Origin: Catajapyx aquilonaris
Lineage: Eukaryota
Direction: 5' to 3'
Assembly (NCBI GenBank): GCA_000934665.2
Contig: KZ538140.1
Coordinates: 124,001 to 188,000 of the forward strand
Length of the DNA stretch: 64,000 bases
Part shown: piece by piece, positions 1-14,772 of the stretch
Position numbering within the stretch: position 1 is the stretch's first letter
Layout: each line of letters opens with the position of its first letter
Position numbers and translations under genes: made by a program
Notes under the pieces: generated by a model
Told to the model about the DNA's origin: nothing
The model's input: the letters and a program-made list of their open reading frames with translations, nothing else
The model's database searches: none

Positions 1-1072
1 GAAAATTTGCCTGGCAATGGGAGCAGAGGAAATAAATGAGGTGCAGCACAACAAAGCATATCAATAGGGAGGATCGCGGCTCTCTCCCATAAAGCTCGAT
101 AGTTAAAAAAAAGAAGAGGAAAAGGTATAGGAGGAGGCAGTAAACCTGAATTTCTTCCTCGCTTATCAACTATTGTGTGGGTGGATGGGTGGTGGCATCT
201 CTTATCACCAGGGACTCTTTTTTTAAAGGTTCGGTTTGTTGCACGCGAAGGTTTCGGGGGGTTGGAAAAATCTGGCCCGGATTTTCTTTGTATCCCTGGA
301 TCCAAGATGGCTTCCGAGTCTGTGGAGGTGTGGTCTGAGAGCCGAAAATTTAGTGAGGGGGCGATCGTCCTCAAGTACTGTGCTGTAGTGGAATGCGAGA
401 GATGTGTCCTCCAATTAGCCCAAGTGGCTTCAGACATGAAGAAACTCTTAATGCCCCCTCTACTCCTCGAGTCCCCCAGTCGCAGCCAGTGTCCACGACA
501 ACTGTTTTGCGGTTCCGCAGCATTAGTCCCGACTCCTCTGAGGATGCCACCGCTATTCATTAGGACCCATTCCTGCACAAGGGGGCGCCTCAAAATGTAG
601 GCAGTTATGGTCTACTACTCGCAAGACTACAACTACATACCTGCATGGTCGCATAGGGAAATAATACGACCTTTTGTTGGGTACTGGGGTTACAACTTTC
701 TGAGTTTCATCCCCCTGAAGAAAAGCTGTAATGAAATGTTACATCGCTAGGTAGCGTTTGTGTGTATATGCAAAATCCATATAGAGTGAGGTTGTCTGTA
801 TTTCTGGCCGTGTTGTCTCTCACCTTGGAAGGAGGCAAGGCCCGGGGGCCATCAAGATCCATATCTGGGAGGGGCCGCCCCAGTCGATACATAGGTGGAG
901 GCTCCGGCGGTAAACACGGTTTGAAATTTCAACACCAGGGGGAGTCATCAAGGGGAGGGGCGTGGGCGTAATTAGACTTCCAAAAACGGGCTCGTGGCAT
1001 GCGAAGGTAAAGGGAAAGGTGTCAAGGGGTGCTTGGCGCCCTGCCACCATCACGGACTGCCGCCCTCACGAG

Positions 1073-1133
1073 TGACGTCATCGAACCGGAAGTGGCGTGT
1101 TGGAAAAGGGGCGACCGGAACAGCCGCCATTTT
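1073..1133. promoter_or_regulatory. Cluster of CRE, ETS and YY1/PHO-like motifs
   Basis: TGACGTCA at 1073-1080, ACCGGAAGTG at 1085-1094 and GCCGCCATTTT at 1123-1133, all within 61 bp. Confidence 0.35.
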
Positions 1134-4100
1134 CCCCTCTCTCCGGCTCAAGTGTTATTTCAGTCCTGTTTCCTCCATTTTGAGCTGTACAAGCCGCTAA
1201 TGCATTCTCAGGGGGGGATAGGACTCTGTTTGTTTGAGAGAAGGTGGGGGAGGGAAAGGATGAGAGAAGCTTAAGGAGGAATTTGGACCCACCCGAGCTT
1301 TTACGTTGGTAATGCGCCACATTTTCGTGGCGACGCACTTTTCTTGTCACCAATGTAGGTGTGATATACGGTAATAGCCTCACTTGTACAGTGTTAGAGC
1401 CCTCGATATATTTCTTGAGCGTCGGGAACGAAAACGGGTCGTAAAGTCCAGCCTGGAAAGAGCCCGCAATTCTTTTCTGAGAGATAAACAACAAAATTGC
1501 TATCGGATTATGCTGTGTTAACTGGTGTATTGTTGCATGCTGGTACACTGAGGCAGGCAGGGAAGGGGGAGCTTCCTCAAACATTATCCAGGCAGGCAGC
1601 TTACTGACATAGCAATTCAACGCATTCTCGGGGGAGGACTGGGGTAGGAGGTAAAAAAAAAAATCCTCGCTACTTGTGAATAATCCAGGATTGAACACCC
1701 TTCCACAGCTAGCTCATAAAACTCGATGAATATTTAACCTGCCACACTGTAGCTTGCACTATGGAGTAGAAACTGCAACAAAATGTAGTGCAGGAAGCAG
1801 CTTCAAAACCTACCTTTGCAGGTGGTTCATTAATAACTACAGTACAATATGTACCAAGCATGTTCTGCCCTGTGATTATTATATGGAGCTGTTCAATAAC
1901 ATTGTGTTAACTATACGGTCACGCTCTAGGCTTCACGCTTGTTATTCAGTTCGTAATTTGAAGCTTGTTGAATGTTTAATTGCTGATACCAACAATTATT
2001 TTTGGACCTATTTACATGCTACATATTGAAAAAATATTTTTCTTTTGCATCATGATGGTTCTCTGTTCAGATTCTTTGGAAATTACGTGACACTGGAAAT
2101 AGGCTGTATTAATCTAACATGTGTGCCAAATCCACTTTCCCACATACACACCAGTAATGTATGTCAACTAGTTGGAGCGAACCGAAGAGTTTAAAAAAAA
2201 AAATCGAATATGTGGCACAAAAAAAATCAGATCAATAGAGTACTCTCGACCCGTCTGGAATTGGCGTAGGGAATTTCCATCATTCTTATTATTATTCCGC
2301 GGATATACTTCTACCTGTTGGGATTTTCCATCCTCATTTCTCTCCTTTCATTGAAATTCCCCTAACCCTCCCCCCTGCCTCCCTCTATCCTCCGCCTCAT
2401 CCCATCCCATCATTTTCATCAAGAGCGCCTCATGTATTGACTCGCTGGGAAATGCCTCACGTATTGTACGTACTAAACAGGCAGAGGAACCATGAGCGCC
2501 TGGAACAAAAGCAGTGAAAGAAAGAAAAAATGGCGGTCGAGGGAAAGAGATATATAGACACACGCCCCTCCTGCTTTCCTCCCCATGATAACAACAAGAG
2601 CTGGAAATATTTAGGAATGCGAAGGGACGACAGGCAATGACAAACAGTCCTCTAGAAGAAGGTAAGGGATCAGCTCCAGCAAAAGGAGGCAACAAATCTC
2701 CATGGTTGCAAGCAAGGGTACCAGACGCAGAGTAGATTAAGCAAGGAAAAGGGGGAGTGATGCAGGTGTGTTGCCAGATCCAGGAAGGAAGAAGGTTTCC
2801 CAGGAAACAAACTCCGGAAGCCTTCTCCGAGACGTAGCCACGTCCCTGGCCGTGGCAGTAAATCTACCTTAGTGTCAAGATCAGTTTACGGTGTCTCCTC
2901 CAGTTTAACCGCGAGCTTTCAGAACCTTCATTATAAATTACCGGAACGGTGAACTTTGCAACTCGGAGTACTTCCCCAACTTCCGCCAGTTTTTGAAGAG
3001 GGGAGGGGGTATATAGAAGGAGAGGGGGAGGTCGACATAGGTCACCCTTCATGCCCCAGGAAATATAGTCGGAAAAAAAAGTTTGAGACATTTTTTTTTT
3101 GTTGCTATGGATCAACATGTAGCTCGTGTCTTTTTTGGGGGGCGGGGGGGGGGGGNGCTGTCCCAAAGGAGAAGCTGCCATTTTACGCTTGCTTTTTCAA
3201 AAAAAAATGAGCTTAAAAATACACATTTGGTGCAAAAAGGAGAAGGTTATGTATTCTTGCAAGTGAATAATTCATTGATTCGCTCTCGAGGGAAGTTAAG
3301 TTTCAAAAGAAAAAGTATGATCATGCCAAATATCCGCAGGTATTTAGTTATTGTGTGGAAAGTAGTTAGCTGATAGTGCCCAGAAGCGCGGAAAATGTTC
3401 AAACAAGTAGTTCTCGCATAATTTGAATTATTATGTGTACACCCTCCAGATCTACTTCCGCTAACCTAATAAACCTGACTCTACAGTAAGGGTACAAACC
3501 ATCAAAATAAGTTAATTACAATTATTACAACCGGCGCTGCCCAGGAAATTTTTTAAAACCAGTCCCAGCAGATGGAATACACGCGGAATTTGCATATTAA
3601 TGACAGAGCAATAAACATAACAATTACTTATGTGCATATATATTGTCCGATTCAGTGCAATTGCATGCTGCCAAACCGCATACAGGGCACGGAGTAATTG
3701 ACACGTTTTCAAACGGGAATTTATGCTCCCGTTTATGTGAGCCATACCATGAATAATATGGTCGCTCATTGTACAGCATTACACACGGTCCTGGTCACTG
3801 GATCATGGATTTTTGTGTTATTCTGACGCAAAAGGGGTTATTGCTGCCCACATCACAACGTTATTTTATAGTCGGCTTGTGCGGGAAGCCACATCTGCGT
3901 ATAAGCAAAGTGATGTAGCATGTTACACCCCATGTTATATACGCTTTATTACCCGTTAGTCCGTCTTAGCATCAATGAACTGTTAATTTTTATACATTGT
4001 TTTTTATTCTGATACACATTTTTATATATTTTTCTGGGAAGGACTTTCGTAATGGTAGTCCCCATGTGGCACCTGGTTCCTTCCCGGCGGATATGTCCTT

Positions 4101-5895
4101 CATATAGGTAAAAGTGCGGGGTCTTTCAATATGAAAGTGTAGCTCTTTTTGCGTTTATTAATTTAATATTAGTTGTGAATAGTTTTCCCCATGAAAACTA
4201 ACTGTACTATGCAAAATTGAGACACACGACCCATCAATCACTGTGTATCTTTAGTTTCCACCCTATCGATCACAATTTTTTTTTTTCTATTTTCCTCAGC
4301 AAGCAGTCTCTTCAAACTGACCGCCATTATAAACCTCCCCCCCCCCCATTTTTTGTGCAAATACTCCCAAGATCTGTGCCCTACCCGATAAAGCAGAAAA
4401 TAGCTCCAATCCTCCTTTTCCTCCCTCTCCCATGCCTATCGCAAAGACTCCAAGCCGAAGCCAATAAATAAAGCGTCAAAATTTGTCCTCAAAAGAGATA
4501 TTTTGATTCGGCAGTCGGGTCTCTTCCCACAGCATCCCCCCCTACCTCTCCCCACTTCTTCCCCCCTCCCCCTGAAGGCAAGAGAAGGAAGGAAAGTGGT
4601 CTTGGTTTTCAGTTCAAACATAGCAGTGTTTTCCTTTGGCCCTTTTCTAACGTTGGGTTTCTGTTCCGATGCCTCCTGGTTACAATATTCTCTCTCATTG
4701 TTCATGCTGGAGGAGGTGCCGACCTCATAAATCCTATCCCAACGACGTTGTGGGGGGGAAGGAATAGAAGGGAAGGTGGAAGAAGGAGGGTGAATCATAA
4801 TTTACGTCCGTATAATGTGGCATTGTCTCTGTTGGAAGGAATTATTTCGAATCAATATTATTAACACAAGATGAGGCGGGAAACTCGAGCAGTTGAGAGT
4901 CTTGAGATATATAGCCTCACTTTTTTTTTTCTTCTTACAACAATGTTTTTTTTTTTTTTTTTTTGGAGAGGCCGGAACTTTTGAAATGTGGCAACTCTGG
5001 GCGGTTGGGTGTGGTTCCATCGACCCAATCTTTTTTGAAGGTTGATCGCAAACATTTCTGCCAGCTGCACCTCTTTTTGCGGGTCTCCCAATTCTCAGAC
5101 GTGAGCTGTCCAAATGTTACCTGATTTTTTTTTTTTTTTCGTTTCTTCTTCTTCTTTTTGGGAAGGGCCAGGAACCCGCTCGAGAAAAAATGTCACTTTC
5201 ATGGAAAAAGTGTGTCAATCAAACTTGCTTCCTCTTTCCCACCAGACGGAGTGGAATTTGGTTTTTGGAATCTGATTCGTGCATCGTCGCTTTTGGGATT
5301 CAAACCACCAGAGGTTTTTTTTTTTTTTTGAGGAGGGGAGGGAAGGGTTTTATCCGAACTGGGGGAGAAAACACAATTTTCTATAGCACTATGTATGTGC
5401 AGAATGTAATTTGTACCGTAATCTTTACGTCTGGAAGGAAAAGGCAATATCTGAAACTCACGTAACCTACATTTTTACTGCAAAAAAAGTGAGAGGGTGT
5501 TCTACTAGATTTTAAGAATTCGGTTACTGCAAATTTAATATAGCACCAAAATTAATAAAAGAAGAACGGTGGTGCAATTGAGTTTTTTGGGGCCGTATAG
5601 TACCTTTTAGAGGCTTTCAAAAATATTAGTAATTTGAAAGCATCCACTTTGTGCGATTTAAAATTATTTTATTCGTTCTAATATTCATATTTGCGGTGGG
5701 AGGCAACTGACCTTCGAGGTTTCATGAAGCCTTGGCCACTCACCGCACTAAGGGTCAATAATAACAATAACATTTCATACCCGGTTTTGTCATCTCAAAT
5801 TATGAACAAATCTCATACCTGGGCATGATCTAATATTGTTACGCATTTGTCAATCCAACGACCTCTCTTGATGCCATCTTTTTTATTCCTTCTAG

Positions 5896-5928
5896 ATGAC
5901 CGTCACATCCGGTGAAGCTCCAGTAAAC
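5896..5928 (+). other. Candidate 33-nt exon
   Basis: cttttttattccttctAG|ATGACC...GTAAAC|GTAAGT. Frame 0 is open (MTVTSGEAPVN). Confidence 0.3.
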
Positions 5929-6617
5929 GTAAGTAGATTTAACGGCCCAACTTATCCCTACCACCCATATTGGACACATTATGCGCTTCCCGCCATAATC
6001 ACTCATAGGAGCCGACCGGACTTTATGACGGAGAAATAATTAAATGAGGCCGAGGGTATCTGATTATGTGTTCGTTATCCGGCACCCCGCAGTTGCAAAA
6101 GTGCCCCATTTGAGACCCATTAGAAGCCCCCAAAATGCCATGGCACCAGCCATCCAGTCTGAATAATAAGAACCGCGAGATTGCACAAGAGAAGGTTGGG
6201 GGGCGCCATGCTACAATGCAATTTGCCTGTTGTGTACACCTAGAAAATGCCAACAATATAACTCGCAAAAATATTTTTTACACAAAAAAGTGCTCTGGAG
6301 CAAATAGTTTAACTGCTTAAAAATAAGCAGCTTTTTAAAGTGTTTGAAAATTGAGATTTCTCTCTCACATTGTCCTTAACTAATAGGAAAGTAATTGTCG
6401 GATTCTCTCACCCTTTGGCAATGGCGAGTGCATAATAATATAGAGAGAAAAAAAGAGTCCAAAGTTTCGCCATTATTCGCATCGATTGTAATGCAAACAA
6501 CAACCCGAGGGAACGTTTTAATTACGCGTGTAACTCGCCGGGGAAGTGAGATGAAATGTCAATAGGATCCATTGGCGCAAGTTTTGGCGGTAGGGGTAGT
6601 CTGCTGGGATAGGTTGT

Positions 6618-6635
6618 GGGGGAGGGAGGGTGGGG
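6618..6635 (+). other. Canonical G-quadruplex motif GGGGG-A-GGG-A-GGG-T-GGGG
   Basis: Four G runs with 1-nt loops. This is a motif match only; folding in vivo is not shown. Confidence 0.6.
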
Positions 6636-7295
6636 AGTATGGAGGGGGAATTGGAGAGAGAGAGGGAAGAGGGGAGGGTTTGCACGAGCTCAGAACAAGG
6701 TTTTGGAAAGTTAGGCTTGGCAATTTCCGTTTGCATGACTCTCCCCATGCCGTTGCATGTTTTGGATGGAAGCACTCTCGATGTTGCCACGTCGGATGAC
6801 CTGTCAGGCTCGGGTCAGAGTGCATCGATGTACTGGCCCACGGTCCATGTAATTATTTCAAACGGATTTTTACTCCACTTGAAAATAGCCCAGGTGAAAT
6901 AGACAGACAGGTTGGTTGCATATCGAGCAGGATAATAACTGCGTACACACAATGTCTACTGCTCCAGCACCGCACCCATGTTATCTCTCACGTGTAGCTC
7001 TTTTGTTTACGATGACCACAAAAAGCCATATGGAAGCAGGGCAGAGTATGGAAACGGGCGGTACCCACATCACACACACACATACACACACATCACATAT
7101 AGGACACGTACACAAAAGGGACGGGCTCTAATCGAGCCGCACGCGTGCTTTTATGTGTGATATCCTCCCCGAAAAAGATTGGAGTAAACCTTACGACTCA
7201 TAAAAGCCAGTGGTGCCAGCTGAGGGCAGATGGGAATGAAAAAAAAATGTGCGTAGGATCTGGTAACATCCTGACACTAGGAAAAATGATTTTTC

Positions 7296-7387
7296 TGAAC
7301 CCAATTGGAAACCGGAAGTTCCAAATACGTCCAAATATTTATGCCGCTTCCGGTTTTTTTTCTTTTCCTGTGATAAAATTGGATTCA
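7296..7387. repeat. Nested short inverted repeats (possible MITE relic)
   Basis: TGAACCCAATT (7296-7306) with AATTGGATTCA (7377-7387), enclosing AAACCGGAAG (7309-7318) with CTTCCGGTTT (7347-7356). Confidence 0.35.
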
Positions 7388-10300
7388 ATAATATTTTGGT
7401 GTATCGTTAAAATCCCAGCCCCCGTCTAGTATCAGAGCCGCGCTTTTTGTTTAGTGAGTCCGGACAGTTTTATTTGCCATGCACTCGTATTCGGCGTTTT
7501 AAATCCGAGTTGAGCGGGTCGAAATAGCTAAGCTAGGATTTTTTTTATGTGGCGCCACTTCCAAATGTGACGGATTTATTCGATAAACCGGAAAACAGGA
7601 CTTTGCTATAAAATTTAATCCCGGTCTGGGATTAAAATCTAACGAGGGATTAATGAATATATAAACATCGATAAAATGTATATTGGGGAGAGGTTAGTAT
7701 AAACCCAAACCTCCCGCTTGATCCGGGGCACAGCTTTACGGTTAGTTTTAATTTGACACACTAACACTTCAGGCAGAGCCTGGAAATAGTGCAGGCACTA
7801 CACTAAAAAAAACAAAGAGAATGAAGTGTTTGCTTTCAAAACAAAATTATGAGCCGAGCATTATTCACTTGCTTGTTAGACAGACTGCTGATGCACCTGG
7901 CAGTTATTTTCATTGCAAGGACTGAAAGTCAACAGATAATTTGTCAATTATGCACATTGATTGGGGCATATGAGTACAGATGCTGGACATATGACATTGT
8001 TAGAAGTCATTGTTACTATGATATTCTTGATATTTTACAGGACAGATAGGCTCGAGTGATAAGCGTGTTTGTATACAGAGAGCGCCACAGTTGTCAACTA
8101 GTGCGCATCTCTCTCTTGCGGCCAACAAAACCCGGCCATGTCCTGGTTAATAGGAGAGTTTTATTGGAGGTATTTCCACGCCACATTAATTTATAACTGC
8201 AGTTTATGGAGTAGACTTGGGAGGCCGTTATCCCTCGGAATATGGAGGCGGATGAAGCCCACCCTGCTTTTGCGCTCAAGTGGAAGAAAAGGTAGTGCCG
8301 CTGCGATATATCGTCCCGAGGTATATTTACCCCTCATAGCTCTCAGGGAGCATTTTAATCACGCTCGTTTTATGATTAACGAATTCTTGCTGATAACGTA
8401 TTTTGAAATTCCCAGGAATTTTTGAGGGGGACGTTCCTTTTCCCAATGGCGTTGGCCCAATCACCAAGATCGGAATGGGCCCCCAGAATCCTCTTGTAAC
8501 TAGCCCCATTGTTAAGGAGAACTTTATTACATTGTTACGCCGGCCATAACAGCCAGTCTTCTCTTTCATTTTTACGAATTACTAACAGGGTTCCGGAGGG
8601 AATTACGCTCGGCCGCAGTAACACGAGAGGGGTAAGGGGGGTATGAAATGGTGGGAAGAGGACGAGGGAGGGAGAGTTTGAAGGCCCAAGTTACAGTAGC
8701 CATAGAAGCGGCTATAAATCACGACCACCACGGTTAGGAATCGCTGTTAGAGGCCCTCCAAATTTCGGCCCCTCCCAACTCCCCCCTCTTTTACTTCGAA
8801 AACATCGGACTCTTGTTGTTTTTTTTTGAAGGGGGGAGGAATTGCACCTCTAACGATTTCCAGGAAAAAGGTATAGTCTGCGAGTAAAAAAAATGGATGT
8901 TGCCAATAGTACCCCCTGTCCTATGATTTGGATCCGCTCGTTTTATCGAACCGAACCCGGAACCCCCAAAATGATGCTCCGGAGACTTCCCTCCTGCCCT
9001 CTATTGCTCTTCACTACTGAGTGTATATGACTGACTGATCCAGTGTAACCTTATGGCTCCTTTCTGTGGGACCTTTCATCACGGAAAGGTCATGCTCTTT
9101 TGGAGGGACAGCCACAAAAGACCACACCCATTTATACAGGGACCAAGAGACTTTCTTTTTTTTTTGCAAAAATTTTGCAGTGTTGACATTACACCCGGTT
9201 TGGCTTGCCTTTTACGCATATTCTGTCGGGCCTATTGAAAGCGCTGGCAATAAACCCGGGCCGTTTGGTCCTCGCATAATGCGATAACCTAAACAAACTG
9301 TAAACACAGGTACCGCCAAACTAGCCAAAATTAGCAACCGCACCGGAACTTTGCATCCATCTGCGAAACCCAAGCAGAGAGAGATGTTAGTGACAAAAGG
9401 AAAAAAAAAGCTGTAACAAACCAACCGTCCGATGTTTTTTTGCAAAGCCAAAAAACATTTCCGTGGAAACCCAGTTGCTTTTATTTACGGAAGCCTCTCC
9501 CACACACCCCATCCCTAGGTTCAATCAACATGATCAGCGCAAAAATAATTACCGCTGTCGTTTTCACAAGCGTGGCCAACACGCCGTGGGTTAAAAGCAA
9601 GCCAAGCCGCGGGTAGTAGAGAGAGAGAGAGAGCAGTGTGTGTGTGTATGCCTCTCTATGTGCTTACACCCGAGGCCAGACGAAATAATGTAAACTAATC
9701 TTTACGGACGAGGAGTCCGAGTGAAATGAATAGCCGTTTACCCGGGGGCCTTTTCATTTGCAATTTGGTTTGCCAAAGCCCTTTAGTACGGTATTACCGG
9801 CCTGTATTTGCCACATCAGTCGTCACAGGACCATTACTAGACCCCCCCCCCCTCTGTATGCACCTACCCTCCCCCAAAATGCGCTCCCNTTGCATCCGAA
9901 TTAATGCATTGTCAACTTAAATTCCTATGCGTACCCCCCCCTCCTTTTTTTGCCTACAATTATACCCCGGTGCTGTTGTAAATATTGATTATTTTACACC
10001 CGTGTTAATCATGGTTTTGTAGACACTAATTACTGGGGCGGTTTTCTCAAACTCGGCTGCGCTTGGAAATGTACTGATAGCACATTTTTGGAGGGTGGGT
10101 TGGAAAATCCTAATTTTACACCATATTCAAAAACCCGTGCGCGTCACCACGGTCCGGGGGTCCAAAATTTTTCGTTTAATTCCTGTAATTACACGTCCAT
10201 CAGGAGAAAACATGCGGTGAGTTACGTTCGATCAGGCATAAACTTCGGACGCTTATTTTTTGACGGGGGGGGAGGTAAGCGACCTATCGATTTTCATTTC

Positions 10301-13300
10301 CGATTCTGTCACATATTAGGCACATTTTTGATGAAGCTGACCATACACTAAATTGGGTAAATATTTGGGAAGTACTGATCTTGGATGATTATTCGTATAT
10401 AGGAGCGGTCCTTTCCCTGCAAAATTCTGATGGCCCGAATTTTTGTATCTGGTCTGATCGATTGCTTTTTATGGCAGAAAAATGAAACTAGAAGGGAGAG
10501 AACATCATCCCTGCTGATTCCTCTCTTTCCTTTTCCACCGGATCGAGAGGCCTCCCCCGGATTTTTTTTTCTTCTGCTCCCATCCTCTCCTTCCCCCATC
10601 CAGCAACGAATCCGCTCCGTCAGTTTCCTATTTGGCAGTGCTGAGGCTGCGGAAGAAGACACTCCTCCAGTTGGCTGCCTACGTCCGGGACTCAATTTAC
10701 GTCACTTTCCGAATCCATCACTGTCCCATGATCCTACTAATCCCACCCAACTGACTCCGGAGCTTCAGGAGAGGAAGGTTGCTCGGGTTATAAAGTTCCG
10801 GGGAGAATCCTCTGCAAGACTGAGAGAGAAAAAAAAAGAGAAAGAGAAGAAGGTGGTGATGGCCAAAAACGAGAATCCGCTTAACTGTCCATCCGTCTTG
10901 AGCAGCCTCTCATGTCTCTCCAATCCACAGGTCTGCCATCATCATGTCCTCTCGTTTGCAACCGTGTTCAAGTCTAGTTTCATTTGGGATGTGATCAATA
11001 GGCACGATTTTTCTGGTTTTTCTGAAGCCGCGTCCGTACCGAACGAAAGTGGTTTATCCTGGGACATAGGCCACTTCTAGAATGATGTGCATGCGGGTTG
11101 CTCTTAACAGATAGGATAAACCTTCCACATCCTTTTATTGTTACAAGTAGGGTGTTCGTACCAGTTGTCACACTTGTTGACTACCATTTACACCGAGCAT
11201 GTTACATATTTCTGATATAACTGGAAAGATTTGATCTGGAGCAACCGGACAAGCCTCGGAGCAATCGAGCCATCCGGAGACACATCTTTGAGGCCATCTG
11301 GAGCCAGGTCACCGTCGAGGTCTCCCCCCAATTTGTGGTCCTAAGCGGCAATTCCAGTCTGCCTGGAACAAGTCGTGGAAAACTGCGGGTGCCAGGATTG
11401 CAGTAGCGACAACAGGGAAACGGTAGGAGCCCACCCTCCTTCCTCCTTAAAAAAAAACGAAACAGAAAAGGAAGTAAGAAATCCTCTCAACTTTTTTTTT
11501 GGATCCTTGGATGTGGACCCCGTAGCAAAGCAGGGTTGCCAGGCGGGGACAGTCGGTAAATAACCCCCCCCCCCTCCAGTTTCCCCCCCAGGAGGGCTAT
11601 TTCTCCCGGCAAAGTCTACTGGACCAGCTCGGATTGAATTAGGACCTTCCTCTGTTGTAATTGAAACGAAAACGGGGAGGGAAGGGTGGAAGGATGGGTG
11701 GTGGGCAACCCCCTCCACCCCATCCCCCGCAAATGAGTTTGGCACACTGTTTTCTGGCCCCTACCTTCCAAAATGGTTTTATTCGACCCCCCCCCCCCCC
11801 TCCATTGCCATTTTGGGGTCGGTTTCTACAACTGCAATTCGGACATTTTGCCCGCATCTAGAGTCGTATTGGCGGAGGGAGGAAACAGCTGAGCGGAATT
11901 AAGATAAATAAATCGCGATACATTACACTCCCCCGCAGGCGGAAATGGAGGCTGGGGAATGGTGAGGTAAAAGCAGACATTTCTCTTCTTCCACACGCTT
12001 TTGCTGGATTCCTACTTTTTTTTTTACTGCTCCAAGTCTGCACCTCCCTTGCTTCTCTATTTGGGAAGGAAAATTGGGGCAGTCATAATTTGTACGCAAC
12101 TCTCGCGAAGGCGGTAGGAAATGGTCCGAAAAAAATGCAAATTAATTTATGCGATTCCGCCAGATAGAACGTACATTACCAGGCCTTTAAATGTGCGCGG
12201 AATTCTTAAAGCGTGGGAGAGATAACGAGGATGTGTTTTAGCGTATAATAAGAGAGAGTGAGGTATAGATTTGATGCGTGTACAGTACTGGAAATGGTTA
12301 TGCAAATTCGGAGAATTAATCATGTGCTAGATAAGCCCTACTCTCTCTCGAATCAGGTCGATCGGCAAAGAGGGAACAGTCTGGATAGGAAGTTGGTTTC
12401 AAATGAGTAATTTGGACATGCGGTAAGGGGAAAATTTTAATAATTAAAGAAGTGCCCAGTCAGCAATAATGATCGGCTGACGATGTAGGTATTTCAAATC
12501 TTCAGTGATTCCCTGCATTATTGTTCAGTTTGTGTACGCATTTAGTGTCATCATATTATTGTGACAGATTTTCTAACAAATATTTTTGCTGTTTGATTGT
12601 CACCTTAATGAAGCCAATTATAACAAAAATTATTATGACACACCCAAATAACAGCCCAGTACAATAATTGGCCTGAAAAGCACCTTTTCAACGCCCAAAT
12701 TGAATACAATTATTTTTTGAACCGTCAAGCCCTCCAAGCAGGCAATGAATATATTCGCCAAACATGCAAGTGCTATTTTAAGCATAGGCTTTTGGAATTG
12801 GGCCGCCATGATTCGTCGTTTCCTGTGCCCCATAAAAGGTCAACGTCACAACATAAATTAGGGGGCGGAGACCGTCTCTCAAAGTCTGGCTCCCAATTTG
12901 TCGCTCATGTTGCAAGGGCCTCTTTTCGGAAACAGACCGAACGGCAGGGACCCTCTGTGCACTTGAGGATATATCGGGCAAGGGAATGGCTTTAGGAATT
13001 GATAGCGCGGGGCCCAGGATCGGATGACGCGAAAGATCCGGACACAAAAAAACGAAGAAAAAGACGGCGACGAAGACGGGGGGATCCGTCCAGAAAAAAA
13101 ATGCAAGCTCATAGGTAGGGGTGATTTACCAGATATCATCAAGACTGCCGCCTTTTGGCAGACAAGAAACGACTTTCGCGTCCATCCCGGAAATCAAGAT
13201 GCATTCGCTTGGCGCGTTTTCAGATGTTGCAGAACTATATTCCTCACCTTTTCTTCTTTCTTCTTTTTTTCCCATCCCCCTCAGGGCCAGCAAAGGGAGA

Positions 13301-14772
13301 CTCTTGGCCATTCGGACCTGGACCATATTCCTTCCCTCCGGCAGTATTTTTTATTACACCGTAGCCACAGTGTGCCGCCACTAAAGTTTCGCTTTGGGCG
13401 AGGGGTGGGAGTAACCAGGTTGTATGGTCGGAATCAATCTGTATGTCGGGTGCTGCTGAGAGGAGGGTGGGGAGGGACACACGTCAGGGGAGGGATGGAG
13501 AGGAGAGGATCATGTGTCACAAAAGTTCGCTCTAAAAATAGAGAGACGATTTCAATTCCAAGTGTGAGCGAAATTGTAAAACTATGTTTGAGCAATATAT
13601 TATTGAAATATTAAAACAAACAAACCATCACTACAATCATGTGACTGCAATCAGTGTTGTATGTAGGAGGCTCTAATCAAATACAGTGATAAAAATTTGT
13701 GACGCATAAGTGTACAACATTCCATGCAATATAACACATAAGGCAGTAATAACATGTAAATAATTACCTAAAATAATATAATTATGAAGATCCTCAGCTC
13801 TTGGCATTTGCTCGTCCGCATTAAACCTAATACTAATAGTTAATAATGCAAATAGTAATCATATAATAATGTTACTATTGAATAACATAATGTAATAATT
13901 GAATTCACAATATAATTTAATAAAGAGTAATAGAATTTAATATTAATAAATAGTAATTTTCTGATGATCAATAATACCGTATACAGTGTGGTACAATGAC
14001 ATTATGATAATTATGTATAACAATCACTAATTTGCTGAAAAAATAATAGCGGCAATTACTCTTGCGAACGAGCATATTTTTGTGTAGTTGACAGAAATTG
14101 GATTCAAAATCGTTGAGTGTGTCCCAATTTCAGATAGAAAAATGACATGAGTTCGGAAAATAGCATTAAAATATTTGTGATGTTTTGACGAACGATCCTG
14201 AACTCAAATCAGTTTCAGTACAGAGATGCCACCAGCGTGATGTTTGTGCAATGAGGACAATGAATGATGTTGCAGGAGCATGACTGATATTGATAGTAAC
14301 AAAATACCGTGATTTTCACTAATGCACGTGGCCTTTTAGCAGGCGAAATTAAATTATGGGCGTGTTCGTGCTATGGACAGACAGTTTATCACCGCAGAGT
14401 GACCAGTACTGTCCACATCTGCCTGCATTGTTACACTTTTGTTACACCGATAGTAAATGGGAAAAGGTGCGCCCTACGAGCATATCAAGCACATGAGCCC
14501 ATCCGTGTACGTATAATGTGAATATCGAGCAAAAGCGTGTACATTATTCGGAGCGAAAAAAAACCTTATTGTGTGATTTCACTAAAAAGGAAACGTATAC
14601 ATAGGCGATAGGCCTACTATATACACATTTTCTGCGGGAATGCACGCGTACGTAAACTATATAATTATGTATCAATATCTAGCAGAAACGTGTAGACCTA
14701 TGCATACGTTCTACGGAGCAAATAAGCACCCTTGTATGTTTTTAATAGTTTTACACTCAAAATGCAATACAC

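Noticed and set aside
1078..1698. 206-aa minus-strand ORF
   Set aside because: Non-ATG start, runs through homopolymers, no protein-like composition or recognisable motif.
10430..11080. 216-aa plus-strand ORF
   Set aside because: The translation is driven by poly-T/poly-A and CT tracts (FFF, KKK), and there is no gene context.
13024..13614. 196-aa plus-strand ORF
   Set aside because: Low-complexity, homopolymer-derived residues; it looks like a chance ORF.
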